DNA of 64,000 nt from NCBI GenBank assembly GCA_003149935.1, contig QAMH01000009.1, positions 2,774-66,773 on the forward strand, in the 5' to 3' direction. A program made the position numbers and the translations under genes. Below are positions 8,337-17,790 of this stretch, piece by piece (positions within the stretch are counted from its first letter, which is position 1; every line of letters begins with the position of its first letter). The notes under the pieces were generated by a model. That model worked only from the letters and a program-made list of their open reading frames with translations, was not told the DNA's origin and searched no databases. Origin of the DNA: Coriobacteriia bacterium (GTDB lineage Bacteria > Actinomycetota > Coriobacteriia > Coriobacteriales > QAMH01).

Positions 8337-9812
8337 TTATCCCTTGCTCACGACGTCGGCAACCGAGCGCACGACATTATGCGTGATCGGCTTCCACTCG
8401 ACCTTCTTGAAGACGGCAATGAGGGCGATGGGGACGTAGGTGAGCATGAAGATCGGGAAGGTGAACAGATACTTGATCTTATCGGAATTCTTCGCGTGGA
8501 TGTGATTCCACTCGGTGATCGTCGTAAGCGTGCCAAACACGAGCATGACGACCGCGAAGCTCAGGAAGCAGCCGGCAAGGGAGAGCACCGAGGTAACGAT
8601 GGTCGCGCGTGCCTCGGCATAGGCGAGCACGGTCGAAACCTGGCTGATGTTGAAGGAGCTCAGCGGGTCGCCCTCGAAGACGGAGCCACTCATCATGCCC
8701 GTGGCCATCGAGAACCAATTGGGGTCGCTCGCCACGACACCAGCGCCCCCCGAGGTACTCGCGGCAACCGTTTGCACCGATGCCGCAATGCCTGCCATCT
8801 GCACGATGCCGGTGAGGCAGAAGACGAGGTTGACGGCGACGCCGGCCAAGGTGAGCAGCATGGCCGGCGCAATGGTCATGAACATGTCGTAGCAGGCGAA
8901 ACGGCCCTGCTTGCCACGGAAAATGCCGTTGAAGAGGAAGGAGCCGTACTTGAGTAGCACCTGGTAGAAGCCCTTGGCCCAACGCATGCGCTGACGCCAG
9001 GAATCCTTCATCGTCGTGGGCTGCTCGTCGTAGACGTAGGCATCGGCGCAGTAGCCGATGCGGATGCCATGCGCGATGCAATCCGTCGAGAACTCGATGT
9101 CCTCGGTGAGCAGATGATGAATCCATCCGCCATTGGATTCGAGGATATCGGCGCTGATCATGAAGCCCGTGCCGCTAATGGCGCACGAGCTACCCATCAT
9201 GTAGCGGGCATTGGAGAGGAACTTGGCCTCGCGCAAGAACCACAGGGCACTGCCAGCGGAGATCCAGTTGGAGTCGTAGTTCTTCGAGTTGCGATAGCAG
9301 GTGAGCACCTGGTAGCCGCGATTCACGCCGCGGTTCATCGCCGCGATGAATCCGGGATCGAGCACGTTGTCGGCATCGAAGACGAAGTAGGCGTCATAAT
9401 CCGTACGCCCCGAACAATCGCCGTAGAGCACGCGGATGCGATTGAGCGCGAAGTCGAGCGCATGGCTCTTGCCGACGACCAGGCGGTCGTTGCGTACGAG
9501 CACCTCGGCGCCAGCCTCCTCGGCTACCTGCGCCGTGTTGTCGGTGCAGTTGTCGGCAATGACGAAGATGTCGATGAGCTCTTCGGGGTAGTCCTGGTTC
9601 TTGATGCTGCGCACGAGCTCGCCGATAACGGCCTCCTCGTTGCGACCAGCAATCATCACGGCAAACTTGTGCAGCGGCTCGTCTTGCACGGGCGTGATCT
9701 TGCGTCGATGGTCCTTTACCAAGACAATGACGGCATAGACGGCCTGATACATGTAGCAAAGGCTGAATACGAAGAACAGAAACAGGTTAAAGGTGTTGAC
9801 GAATGTCGCCAT
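8337..9812 (-). CDS. Membrane-embedded family 2 glycosyltransferase (processive, PgaC/cellulose-synthase-like)
   Basis: FAVMIAGRNEEAVIGELVRSIKNQDYP...IFVIADNCTDNT, FDADNV, and the QxxRW motif (WRQRMRWAKGF), with flanking TM segments. The start is either ATG 9812 (MATFVN...) or the upstream ATG 9911. Confidence 0.85.
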   Translation of the reverse strand: MATFVNTFNLFLFFVFSLCYMYQAVYAVIVLVKDHRRKITPVQDEPLHKFAVMIAGRNEEAVIGELVRSIKNQDYPEELIDIFVIADNCTDNTAQVAEEAGAEVLVRNDRLVVGKSHALDFALNRIRVLYGDCSGRTDYDAYFVFDADNVLDPGFIAAMNRGVNRGYQVLTCYRNSKNYDSNWISAGSALWFLREAKFLSNARYMMGSSCAISGTGFMISADILESNGGWIHHLLTEDIEFSTDCIAHGIRIGYCADAYVYDEQPTTMKDSWRQRMRWAKGFYQVLLKYGSFLFNGIFRGKQGRFACYDMFMTIAPAMLLTLAGVAVNLVFCLTGIVQMAGIAASVQTVAASTSGGAGVVASDPNWFSMATGMMSGSVFEGDPLSSFNISQVSTVLAYAEARATIVTSVLSLAGCFLSFAVVMLVFGTLTTITEWNHIHAKNSDKIKYLFTFPIFMLTYVPIALIAVFKKVEWKPITHNVVRSVADVVSKG

Positions 9813-9982
9813 ATTCCCGCTGCGGTACCCCTCCAGGTATTGTCTGCAGATTCGTTGTTGCATTGTAATGCAAGCTGTTAGCAAGCGCCAATCGCTCCAC
9901 AGTTTGTGCACGGGATGTTAAGGGAGCATTCAGGTGAGCAAATTGTGAACTTTCTCTCGCACCCGAGTTGCGCTTCGCACTC

Positions 9983-10376
9983 GAGTTGCAGCTCGCACCG
10001 GCAAGCTGCAACGCTCCGACGGTCGCTTCCCGACAGCCCGCTTCGCGGTCTTTACGGCGCGCTCCCTTGAACCTCCGCTTTACAGCTTGCCGGTGCGCTC
10101 AGACAGTCCTCGCAAGACCGCATCGAGCTCAGCGCAACTCTGCCCGAGATGTCCGCAATTCGCTCGCCTTCATTTTTGTAAGTTGTAGCTCGCATTGGCA
10201 AGCTGCATCGCTCCGACGGTCGCTTCCCGACAGCCCGCTTCGCGGTCTTTACGGCGCGCTCCCTTGGACCTCCGCTTTGCAGCTTGCCAGCGCGCTCAGA
10301 TAGTTCCCTTAGAGCCATATCGAGCTCAGCGCGGCTATGCTCGAGATGTCCGCATTTGCTCACCTTCATTTTTGTG
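9983..10376. repeat. Tandem duplication, 2 x 197 bp, each unit with a 13-15 bp stem enclosing ~65 nt
   Basis: Unit 1 spans 9983-10179 and unit 2 spans 10180-10376. The period was established from GGCAAGCTGCA at 10000 and 10197. The end of unit 2 overlaps the last codons of rsmA. Confidence 0.8.
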
Positions 10377-11259
10377 AATTATGTTCTAAGAACGCGTGGG
10401 CCATTTGCAAATAGACATCGGGCGCGAGGGTTTCGCCACGCACCGTGGGGGCGATGTCGCATTCGGCGAGCAGACGGTCGACGACATCCTTGGGATAGCG
10501 GCTGCTCATGGAGTTGCGGATGGTCTTGCGTCGCTGGGCGAAGGCCGCATCGGCCAGAGTGCTCGCAACTTCGAGTAGCTCGGGGGCCGGTGCATCCTCA
10601 TTGCGCTCGATGCGAATGACGGCACTCTCGACGTGCGGCGCGGGCATGAAGCAACCTGGGGGCACCTGGAAGCGATCGGTTACGTGCGCACGCAGGCGCA
10701 GCTTGACCGTGTAGGCGCCATAGTTCTTGGTGCCCACCTCGGCGCACATGCGATCGGCGACCTCGCTTTGCACCATGACCGTCATGGCATCGAGAAACTC
10801 GAAGCGCTCGAGCCAATCGAGCACCACCGTGGCGGCAATACCGTAGGGCAGGTTGGAGACGAGTTGGTGCGGTAAGGGCGCATCAAGGGCCGTGGCGGCT
10901 AGCTCGACCTCGTCACGCGTCAGCTTCAATGCGTCCTTCTCGATAAGGACAAGACGATGGGAAAGGTCGGCGGTCGTCTGCGCGAGCACATCGAGAAGAT
11001 CACGGTCTCGTTCGACAGCGATGAGCTTGGCCCGTTCGAGCAGTGCGATGGTGAGCGTGCCGATACCCGGTCCAATCTCGAGCAGCGTGGGCAGTTCTTC
11101 GTCCGGCTGCGGGTCATCGAGATGCGCGAGGTGCAGGATATTGCCGATGACGTTATCATCCACCAGAAAGTTCTGGCCAAGCGCATGCTTGGCGCTCAGG
11201 CCGAACTCCTGCAAAACGCCCCTGGTCGCCCGGGGATTCGCCAGCGACGAGTACGACAT
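10366..11259 (-). CDS. rsmA: 16S rRNA (adenine1518/1519-N6)-dimethyltransferase
   Basis: HALGQNFLVDDNVIGNIL...LEIGPGIGTLTIALLE...VSNLPYGIA is canonical KsgA/RsmA. Confidence 0.95.
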   Translation of the reverse strand: MSYSSLANPRATRGVLQEFGLSAKHALGQNFLVDDNVIGNILHLAHLDDPQPDEELPTLLEIGPGIGTLTIALLERAKLIAVERDRDLLDVLAQTTADLSHRLVLIEKDALKLTRDEVELAATALDAPLPHQLVSNLPYGIAATVVLDWLERFEFLDAMTVMVQSEVADRMCAEVGTKNYGAYTVKLRLRAHVTDRFQVPPGCFMPAPHVESAVIRIERNEDAPAPELLEVASTLADAAFAQRRKTIRNSMSSRYPKDVVDRLLAECDIAPTVRGETLAPDVYLQMAHAFLEHNSQK

Positions 11260-12344
11260 CAGCGACTCCTCGGTACGTCGGCCCGCACGGCACCGGCCAC
11301 CTGGACGGCATAGGACAAGTCAAAGGCGTCGCCGATAAGGCGATGGATACGCTGGGGTTCGATACGCAAATCGGCGCAGTTGAGGGCCGAGGTGCATATG
11401 GTTTCGAGGGGCTCGGTGCCAAAGGGGTCTCCGCCATCGCCGATGACGACGAGGTGGGCCGGCCGCTTGCGCGGAATCCAATTCCTGAGCACGTACTTGC
11501 GCGCCCAGTACATCTGGCAACGGTCAAGGGCGGCCTTGAGCCAACCGGAAGGTCCCGCAAAGTAGACAGGCGCAATGACGACGAGCGCCGCGCAGGAGTT
11601 CATGTGCCGCGAAAGCACGTTCCACGAATCGCCCTTGATACAACACTCACCGGTCTGGCTGCACACGCCACAACCCGTGCAAGCGGCAATCGGATACTTC
11701 GAAATCTCGAACAGCGTGACGGCAAAACCTGATAGGCGCAGATATTCCCTGAGCTTGCGACCGAAGAGGGCCGACTTACCATCGCGATGCGGAGAGCCCA
11801 CGAGAATGAGCACCTCGGGCGGCCTGGAGGCGTCGTCGGGCTCTGAGTCGGGTTCGGGCTCTGAGTCGGGGCGAACGGGGACGCCCTCGGTATCTACGCC
11901 GGTGCTGCCCGCATCAGAGGTATGCACGACAGGTTCGTCGTTGAGCTGGGTAAGGGGCTTCGCGTTGACCTGATTCAGGAAGCTCTGGGGTGACTCTCCG
12001 AAGAGCTCCTCGAAGCTTTCCTCGTCCAGGGCACCTTCAGGAGGCGTTTCGTCATCATCAACGTTTCCGGTGCCGGTGACATCTCCGGCAAGCGAAACCG
12101 ATATGCCACCATCGACGTTATATGTGGATCGGGCCGTGTCCTCGGTGGCGAGATTTCTCGACTCCGCTTCGCTTCGCTCGAAATGACAGTGGGGCGCTTC
12201 GCTGCGGTCGGAATGGGAATCAGATGCTTCGCTGCGGTCGGAATGAGAATCGGGGGCGTCCCCCGATTCACCCGGTTTGGGGGCACTCAGCTTCTCGAGG
12301 TCCTTCTCGGTTGGGAGCTTCTGTCGACGCGACTTCTTTGCCAT
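11259..12344 (-). CDS. Iron-sulfur flavoprotein-like (flavodoxin-fold FMN reductase) with ~170-aa disordered N-terminal extension
   Basis: The C-terminal domain VLILVGSPHRDGKS... carries the compact Cys motif CTGCGVCSQTGEC (CX2CX2CX5C). ATG 12344 is preceded by GGAGGGGG. There is no internal ATG before the flavodoxin domain. Confidence 0.75.
   Translation of the reverse strand: MAKKSRRQKLPTEKDLEKLSAPKPGESGDAPDSHSDRSEASDSHSDRSEAPHCHFERSEAESRNLATEDTARSTYNVDGGISVSLAGDVTGTGNVDDDETPPEGALDEESFEELFGESPQSFLNQVNAKPLTQLNDEPVVHTSDAGSTGVDTEGVPVRPDSEPEPDSEPDDASRPPEVLILVGSPHRDGKSALFGRKLREYLRLSGFAVTLFEISKYPIAACTGCGVCSQTGECCIKGDSWNVLSRHMNSCAALVVIAPVYFAGPSGWLKAALDRCQMYWARKYVLRNWIPRKRPAHLVVIGDGGDPFGTEPLETICTSALNCADLRIEPQRIHRLIGDAFDLSYAVQVAGAVRADVPRSR
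12150..12253. repeat. Dispersed element copy plus two 30-bp tandem derivative units, located inside the flavoprotein ORF
   Basis: 12150-12189 is GAGATTTCTCGACTCCGCTTCGCTTCGCTCGAAATGACAG. 12196-12223 and 12226-12253 are GCTTCGCTGCGGTCGGAATG(G/A)GAATC... The translation is SDSHSDRSEA x2 followed by PHCHFERSEAESRNL. Confidence 0.75.
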
Positions 12345-12353
12345 ACCCCCTCC

Positions 12354-13421
12354 TCAAGCACGCTTGGCATCGAGCAAATCGTGAGCGTTCTGGAAAACGC
12401 GCTCGGCGAACTGCGCCTCGGTGAGCCCCCGTTGCAGGACCGCGTAGTCTGGCATCGACGTCACCGGCGCCACGGCGCCCTTGTCGATGTCGCTTTGGCG
12501 CGGCTGCAGAAGCCCGAAGGCGCGCTCAGCCCCCGCATATCCAAAGCAATCGAGCAGCTCGCGCAAGGTGAAGACGGTCTGACTCGGCGTGCAGACCGTG
12601 CCGCGCAAGGGCTCGGGAGCCATGTAGGGAGCATCGGTTTCGGTAAGAAGACGGTCCAGTGGCACGTCGAGGGCAGCCGCACGCGTCTCCCAGCTCTTCT
12701 TGAAAGTGAGCGGCCCGCCAAAGGCAACGTAGCAGCCGAGTTCGAGAAACGGGGCCAGCGTTTGGGCGTCAAGGTTGAAGCAGTGCACGATGCAGCCAGC
12801 TTTGGGGACGCCCGTCTCGTGCAAGATGGCGAGCGCGTCATCATGGGCCTCGCGCAGATGCAGGCTTACTGGAAGCCCGTGCTCCTGTGCCGTTTGCAGT
12901 TGCGCGGCAAAGACCTCGCGCTGCACGTCACGCGGGCTGAAATCGTAATGGTAATCGAGCCCCACCTCGCCCAGGCAGCTCGTCTCGGGACGGGCAAGCA
13001 GGGCGGCGAGCTCGTCACGCGCATCATCAAAGTACTTGGCGTTGTGCGGATGCACGCCACAGGCAAAGCGAACGCGTGGCATGACGGCCTGCGCCATCCC
13101 CCACTCCTCGAGCAATGCCGCGGCATCATCAAACCACGAGCCGAGCCCGTCGTAGGTATCACGCGCCGTCCGTCGCGTCACGTCTCCGTCGTCGCCGTCA
13201 AGCTCGGGTCTTGTCGGGTCGGTCATGCAGCAGATGAAGTCGACGCCATGGGCCGCTGCCTGCGCAAGCGTGAGCCCCGGTTCGGGAAACATGCCCAGGT
13301 GACAATGCGTGTCGGCAACAAGCGTACCGTACGGCAATTCGGGAGCAGACTTGACCTTGCCCTTCGAGTTGCGAAAGAGCGCGTCACGTTCGTCGAAGTG
13401 TTTGAAGTCGTTGTAGCCCAT
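12354..13421 (-). CDS. tatD: TatD-family metal-dependent hydrolase/DNase
   Basis: The motifs ADTHCHL, ...VHPHNA..., CLGEVGLDYHYD and ...SLHLREAHDD... are typical of TatD. The ATG overlaps the metG stop. Confidence 0.9.
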   Translation of the reverse strand: MGYNDFKHFDERDALFRNSKGKVKSAPELPYGTLVADTHCHLGMFPEPGLTLAQAAAHGVDFICCMTDPTRPELDGDDGDVTRRTARDTYDGLGSWFDDAAALLEEWGMAQAVMPRVRFACGVHPHNAKYFDDARDELAALLARPETSCLGEVGLDYHYDFSPRDVQREVFAAQLQTAQEHGLPVSLHLREAHDDALAILHETGVPKAGCIVHCFNLDAQTLAPFLELGCYVAFGGPLTFKKSWETRAAALDVPLDRLLTETDAPYMAPEPLRGTVCTPSQTVFTLRELLDCFGYAGAERAFGLLQPRQSDIDKGAVAPVTSMPDYAVLQRGLTEAQFAERVFQNAHDLLDAKRA

Positions 13422-14965
13422 TACTTCTCGAGACGCGGGAAGAGAGCATCACCCTTGGTGACCTCGTTGCCGGCAGGAAGCCCGCCCCACAGCGCGAGCT
13501 CGGCGGCGTTGTCGACAGCGCACGGGTCTTCCAAGCCCAGGCGCCTCCACAGCTCCGTCGACGTATTGGGCATGAAGGGGGCAAGGAGCAGCGCGGCGAT
13601 GCGGCAGGTCTCCAGTGCGTTGTAGAGCACGAACGCTAGCTCGCCCTGGGTCTCCTCGCTTTTGGCGAGATTCCATGGCGCACTTTCCTCGACGTAGAGG
13701 TTTGCGCGATGCAGAAGCTCCATGACATGAGCGGACGCCCCACCGAAGTCGATGTCGTTCATGCACGCGGCGTAGCGTTCGTAGAGCCCCTCGGCAATCT
13801 CCGAGAGCGGATTTTCCTCCAGACCGAACTCGGCGGGTACCTCGGGCACCTGTCCGTCGAAGTACTTGATGACCATATTGCTCACGCGGCTGAAGAGGTT
13901 GCCGTAGGTGTTGGCCAGGTCGGCGTTGTAAACCTGCGTGATGCGATCGTGACCAATATTGGCATCGGAACCAAAGGTCACGTCACTCAGAAAGTAGTAG
14001 CGATAGGCGTCCACACCGTAGCGCTCGATGAGGTCGCGCGGATAGAGCGCATTGCCCTTCGATTTGCTCATCTTGGAGCCATCGGCCGCCATGAGGAAGC
14101 CGTGCGCGAAGACGTGGCGCGGGCACTCCATGCCGGCGGCCATGAGCATGGCCGGCCAAATCACGCAGTGAAAGCGGATGATGTCCTTGCCGACGAAGTG
14201 GAAGTTCGCCGGCCAGAAGCGCTCGAGCAGCGTGATGTCGTCGCTGCCGTAGCCGAGCGCGGTGAGGTAATTGATGAGGGCGTCGACCCACACGTAGGTG
14301 ACATGCTCGGGGTCGAACGGCAGCGGGATGCCCCAGTCGAACGCCGTGCGGCTCACGGACAGGTCATGCATGCCGCCTTCGATGAAGGAGCGGATCTCGT
14401 TTTCGCGAATCTGCGGGCGGATGAAGTTGGGGTGTTCGTCGTAGTACGCGAGCAACTTGTCGCCAAACTCGGAGAGCTTGAAGAACCAGTTCTCCTCGTG
14501 GATGACCTTGACCTCACGCCCGCAATCGGGGCACTTGCCGTCAACCAGATCGCCCTCGGTGAACTGCGTCTCGCACGGCGTGCAGTAGTAGCCGTCGTAG
14601 GTTCCCTTGTAGAGATAGCCATTGTCATGGAGCTTCTGCATGAAGTCCTGGACGCCCTTAACGTGATGCGGCTGCGTCGTGCGGATGAAGTCGTCGTTGG
14701 TGATGTCGAGCTCGTGCCACAGGTCGGTGAACTGCGTGACCTGGCTGTCGCACCACTCCTGCGGCGTCATGCCGTGCTCGGCGGCCGCCTCGGCGACCTT
14801 CTCGCCATGCTCGTCCATGCCGGTGAGGAAGAAGACGTCGCGCCCGTCCATGCGTGCGAAGCGCGCAGTGGCATCGGCCGCGACGGTGGTGTACGCGGTG
14901 CCGATGTGCGGCTCGCCGTTGACGTAGTAGATGGGTGTGGTGACGTAGAAGCTGTCTTTGGTCAT
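13421..14965 (-). CDS. metG: Methionine--tRNA ligase
   Basis: FYVTTPIYYVNGEPHIGTAYTTV (HIGH region), KMSKSKGN (KMSKS), and a Zn knuckle CTPCE...CPDCG. Confidence 0.97.
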   Translation of the reverse strand: MTKDSFYVTTPIYYVNGEPHIGTAYTTVAADATARFARMDGRDVFFLTGMDEHGEKVAEAAAEHGMTPQEWCDSQVTQFTDLWHELDITNDDFIRTTQPHHVKGVQDFMQKLHDNGYLYKGTYDGYYCTPCETQFTEGDLVDGKCPDCGREVKVIHEENWFFKLSEFGDKLLAYYDEHPNFIRPQIRENEIRSFIEGGMHDLSVSRTAFDWGIPLPFDPEHVTYVWVDALINYLTALGYGSDDITLLERFWPANFHFVGKDIIRFHCVIWPAMLMAAGMECPRHVFAHGFLMAADGSKMSKSKGNALYPRDLIERYGVDAYRYYFLSDVTFGSDANIGHDRITQVYNADLANTYGNLFSRVSNMVIKYFDGQVPEVPAEFGLEENPLSEIAEGLYERYAACMNDIDFGGASAHVMELLHRANLYVEESAPWNLAKSEETQGELAFVLYNALETCRIAALLLAPFMPNTSTELWRRLGLEDPCAVDNAAELALWGGLPAGNEVTKGDALFPRLEK

Positions 14966-15151
14966 GGGATATCGGTCCTCACTCGTACGGGTGTGCTGGA
15001 GGAGATTATAGCGGCTTGCGCAGGGCGCAGGCTGTTTAGATTGAATGCAAAATGCTTAGATGAAACGTGGGCATGTCCGATGAGCTTGGGCATTCAACAC
15101 TCACGGCCTGTCCGCCGCCCGCTAGCGGCCATAGAGGAGCACGATGCATTG

Positions 15152-15928
15152 CTATCTCAATCGGTATTCCCACTTATCGAGCCAGTTGGTTCTGACGCGT
15201 TCAGCTACTCCATTCTCAACAACTAACATGGAGCCATCCCCGACTGGTTGCATGCGACTAGTAAGTGAGAAGGTATCGCACAGCCATATATCATCTCTTT
15301 TTGACCGCAGCTTCATACATGTTTCTACAGGCGTGTGCCCCACAATTTGGTTCACTCGAGATGCAGCGTCCGCCTGCAGATCGCGTTTGTCGGCCCAAAG
15401 CGGCGATGGCAGCTCACAACCTCCCCTTGATGGACCACAAGATGCAAGTGCCCGCCAGTCGTAGTATGACCCATCGAAATACATTTCATTGATTCTTGTC
15501 GCCAAGCTCTCTGTATTGTCAGCTCTTGGCGCGTACTCGTTCCTCCATTCTTCAGTCACCCCCGCATGCGTGATGAGATGCCCATCGCAGGAAATTGCAG
15601 CGCACATTTTAAATTGGCCGAGAAGCTCACGGATACTGTCCATCGCTTCAAGATGGGTACCCGAGCATCCCTCACCAAGCAAATACTCAAAGTCGTGATT
15701 GCCCAATACAAGAATGACCTCGATATCTCTAGTCGCGGCTAACTTAATCCACCGTGCCTGAACATCAAGTGCGTCTATTACGTCTTTTGCCGTCGTATTC
15801 CACTCATCTACGTAATCACCCAGGAAGATGATTCTGCTTGGTTCAAAACATGAGACTACCTCATCCACCAAAGGGAGGACTATCCTTTGTTTGCAGTGCA
15901 TATCACCAACGATAAGAGTTTTTGACAT
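15152..15928 (-). CDS. Calcineurin-like metallophosphoesterase
   Basis: Motifs GDMHC, GDYVDEW, GNHDF, THAG and GHTP occur in canonical order. The gene sits in the AT-richer island. Confidence 0.8.
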   Translation of the reverse strand: MSKTLIVGDMHCKQRIVLPLVDEVVSCFEPSRIIFLGDYVDEWNTTAKDVIDALDVQARWIKLAATRDIEVILVLGNHDFEYLLGEGCSGTHLEAMDSIRELLGQFKMCAAISCDGHLITHAGVTEEWRNEYAPRADNTESLATRINEMYFDGSYYDWRALASCGPSRGGCELPSPLWADKRDLQADAASRVNQIVGHTPVETCMKLRSKRDDIWLCDTFSLTSRMQPVGDGSMLVVENGVAERVRTNWLDKWEYRLR

Positions 15929-15995
15929 GAGGCTCCTCAGGACTACGCGTATTGTATCGACTTCGCGAGCGGCAGCATATCAGCATTGTTATAAG

Positions 15996-16345
15996 GCAAC
16001 CAGATAAATGATTATTTAGCTGCGTTGCTTTCAAGCGAATTTGCTCAGAGATTTACGGCAAATACGCCAACTGCTCCACTAGGTGAAGTTCTTGCCATTT
16101 CGACGAAAACTCTAAACCCGCGCGGCTGTGCAGGTGAGATATGGGAACATTACAGTATCCCCGCCTTTGATGAGAGCCATTGGCCTGTCTTTGAGCCGGC
16201 AGAAAACATCAAAAGCAATAAGTACATTATTGACACTGATTGCATTCTGATATCTAAGCTGAATCCATCTATGAAGCGAATGTGGGTACCACCTTGTGTA
16301 TCAGACAAAGCGGTTTGTTCAACGGAATTCATTGTTTATAAGGGT
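15996..16345 (+). pseudogene. hsdS: Promoterless half-hsdS cassette (central conserved region plus most of one TRD), 3' end cut by IS256-family element
   Basis: It begins with (N)QINDYL, sharing the 17-bp CAGATAAATGATTATTT with hsdS 3220-3236, immediately after an in-frame stop. TRD-like sequence follows (LGEVLAIS...EHYSIPAFD...ILISKLNP...CSTEFIVYKG) and runs into the IS inverted repeat. Confidence 0.75.
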
Positions 16346-17790
16346 AGTGTCCCGAATGTTGGTGTAGGCACCTAGAATCTGGTTCGTATTCTAGCCCATC
16401 ATCTAGGCGGCCCTCCTTCCAATCGGATTATCGGCGACCACGACATCGATGATCCGCCTCGCATGCTCTTCGGCGGTTCCCTCGTATGCAGGCGCAGGAG
16501 CGGTCGGCTTTGACGGAGCCGTTGCCTGAGCGATCGATTCCTCCGTGAACCATCTCCTGCTCGCCCAATCCTCGTCCATCTCGGAGAACACGGCTCCCAG
16601 CATCCGGATCAGCGACTTTCTGGATGGGAATACCTGCACTACGCGGCTCCTCCTCTTGAGCTCGCGGTTGGCACGCTCCTGCACGTTGTTGGTGCGAAGG
16701 CGCCTGTGGTGGGCATAGGGAAAATCGAGATAGGCGAGGGCATCCGCCTCTGCCTCCTCCAAAAGCTCCGCCGCCTTCGGACAGAAGCTGGAGACCTCCT
16801 CGCATGCAAGATGGTAGAGCTCGCGCACGAGATCCGGGTCGCGCTCGTCGAAGACGGCGTGCAGGATGGCGAGCACAGCCGCCCTCTTTTGCCTCGTGGG
16901 TGCACTTGATGCGGCATTCCTCATCAAGTGCACGATGCAGCGTTGCCAAGCAGCTCCTGGAAAGACCTCCTCTATCGCACGCCTCAGTCCCTCATGGGCA
17001 TCGGAGGTCACGCAGGCTACACCGTCTACCCCTCTCTCGCGAAGCGACCTCAAGAATGAGATCCAGCCTGCATAGGTCTCCGTATCGATGGCATCAAGGC
17101 TCAGCAGGCGCCTATAACCATCAGCGCCGACACCAATCGCGGTAACGAGGGCGCAAGAGGAGACATGACCTTCATCACGGCATTTGATATAGGTGGCATC
17201 GAGCCAGATGTAGGGATATGCCACCTCCGAAAGATCGCGGCTCTGCAAATCGGCCACGATGTCATCCAAGGACTCGCAGATCCGCGACACTTGGCTTGAG
17301 CTCATGCGCTCGATGCCCATAGTGTGAGCTACGCGCTCGACCTTCCTTGTTGACACACCATTTGTCACCATTTCCGATATCGCCGCGATTACCGCACGAT
17401 CCACCCGTGAATAACGCACTATCAGATCCTCTGGGAAATAGCTGCCTCGCCTGAGTTTTGGGATGCGCAGGTTGATCGTGCCAACACTGGTGTGAAGCAT
17501 CCGCTCGCGATATCCGTTTCTCCGGTTGCCATCGGCGCAGGCGTCTTCTGCCTGCGCGTCCATTATCTCGTTTACAAGCGATTCGGCCATGATGCGGATG
17601 AGCTCTTGGATGTTGACCATCCCGTCATCGAATCTCGGTAAATCTTGGCAAAGTGCTTGCTGCTGCTCTAAACTGTTCATTGCGGTCATCCCTTTCATCT
17701 CGAACTTCAGCAATTCAAGATTCTAGGCGATGACCGTTTCTTATGTTTCAATCGAAACGGTTCTTACACCAACATTTGGGACATGATCCC
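16342..17790 (-). mobile_element. IS256-family insertion sequence (~1.45 kb)
   Basis: Imperfect terminal inverted repeats TGTCCC(G/A)AATGTTGGTGTA(G/A)G(C/A)ACC lie at 16348-16374 and 17764-17790. Exact outer ends are uncertain by a few bp. A single mutator-type transposase ORF is present. The flanks show no direct target duplication. Confidence 0.85.
16403..17713 (-). CDS. IS256-family (mutator-type) transposase
   Basis: ...YIWLDATYIKCRDEGHV...DGYRRLLSLDAIDTETYAGWISFLRSLRERGVDGVACVTSDAHEGLRRAIEEVFPGAAWQRCIVHLMRN... is the canonical IS256 DDE region. Confidence 0.9.
   Translation of the reverse strand: MLKFEMKGMTAMNSLEQQQALCQDLPRFDDGMVNIQELIRIMAESLVNEIMDAQAEDACADGNRRNGYRERMLHTSVGTINLRIPKLRRGSYFPEDLIVRYSRVDRAVIAAISEMVTNGVSTRKVERVAHTMGIERMSSSQVSRICESLDDIVADLQSRDLSEVAYPYIWLDATYIKCRDEGHVSSCALVTAIGVGADGYRRLLSLDAIDTETYAGWISFLRSLRERGVDGVACVTSDAHEGLRRAIEEVFPGAAWQRCIVHLMRNAASSAPTRQKRAAVLAILHAVFDERDPDLVRELYHLACEEVSSFCPKAAELLEEAEADALAYLDFPYAHHRRLRTNNVQERANRELKRRSRVVQVFPSRKSLIRMLGAVFSEMDEDWASRRWFTEESIAQATAPSKPTAPAPAYEGTAEEHARRIIDVVVADNPIGRRAA

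Noticed and set aside
9968-10377. ORFs predicted across the 197-bp tandem units (9968-10303 +, 10195-10377 +, 10052-10369 -). The last has an ATGA overlap with the rsmA stop.
   Set aside because: The 197-bp period is not a multiple of 3, so the two units are read in different frames. In the minus-strand frame used in unit 2, unit 1 hits a stop after 14 codons. Non-coding repeat DNA is the simpler explanation.
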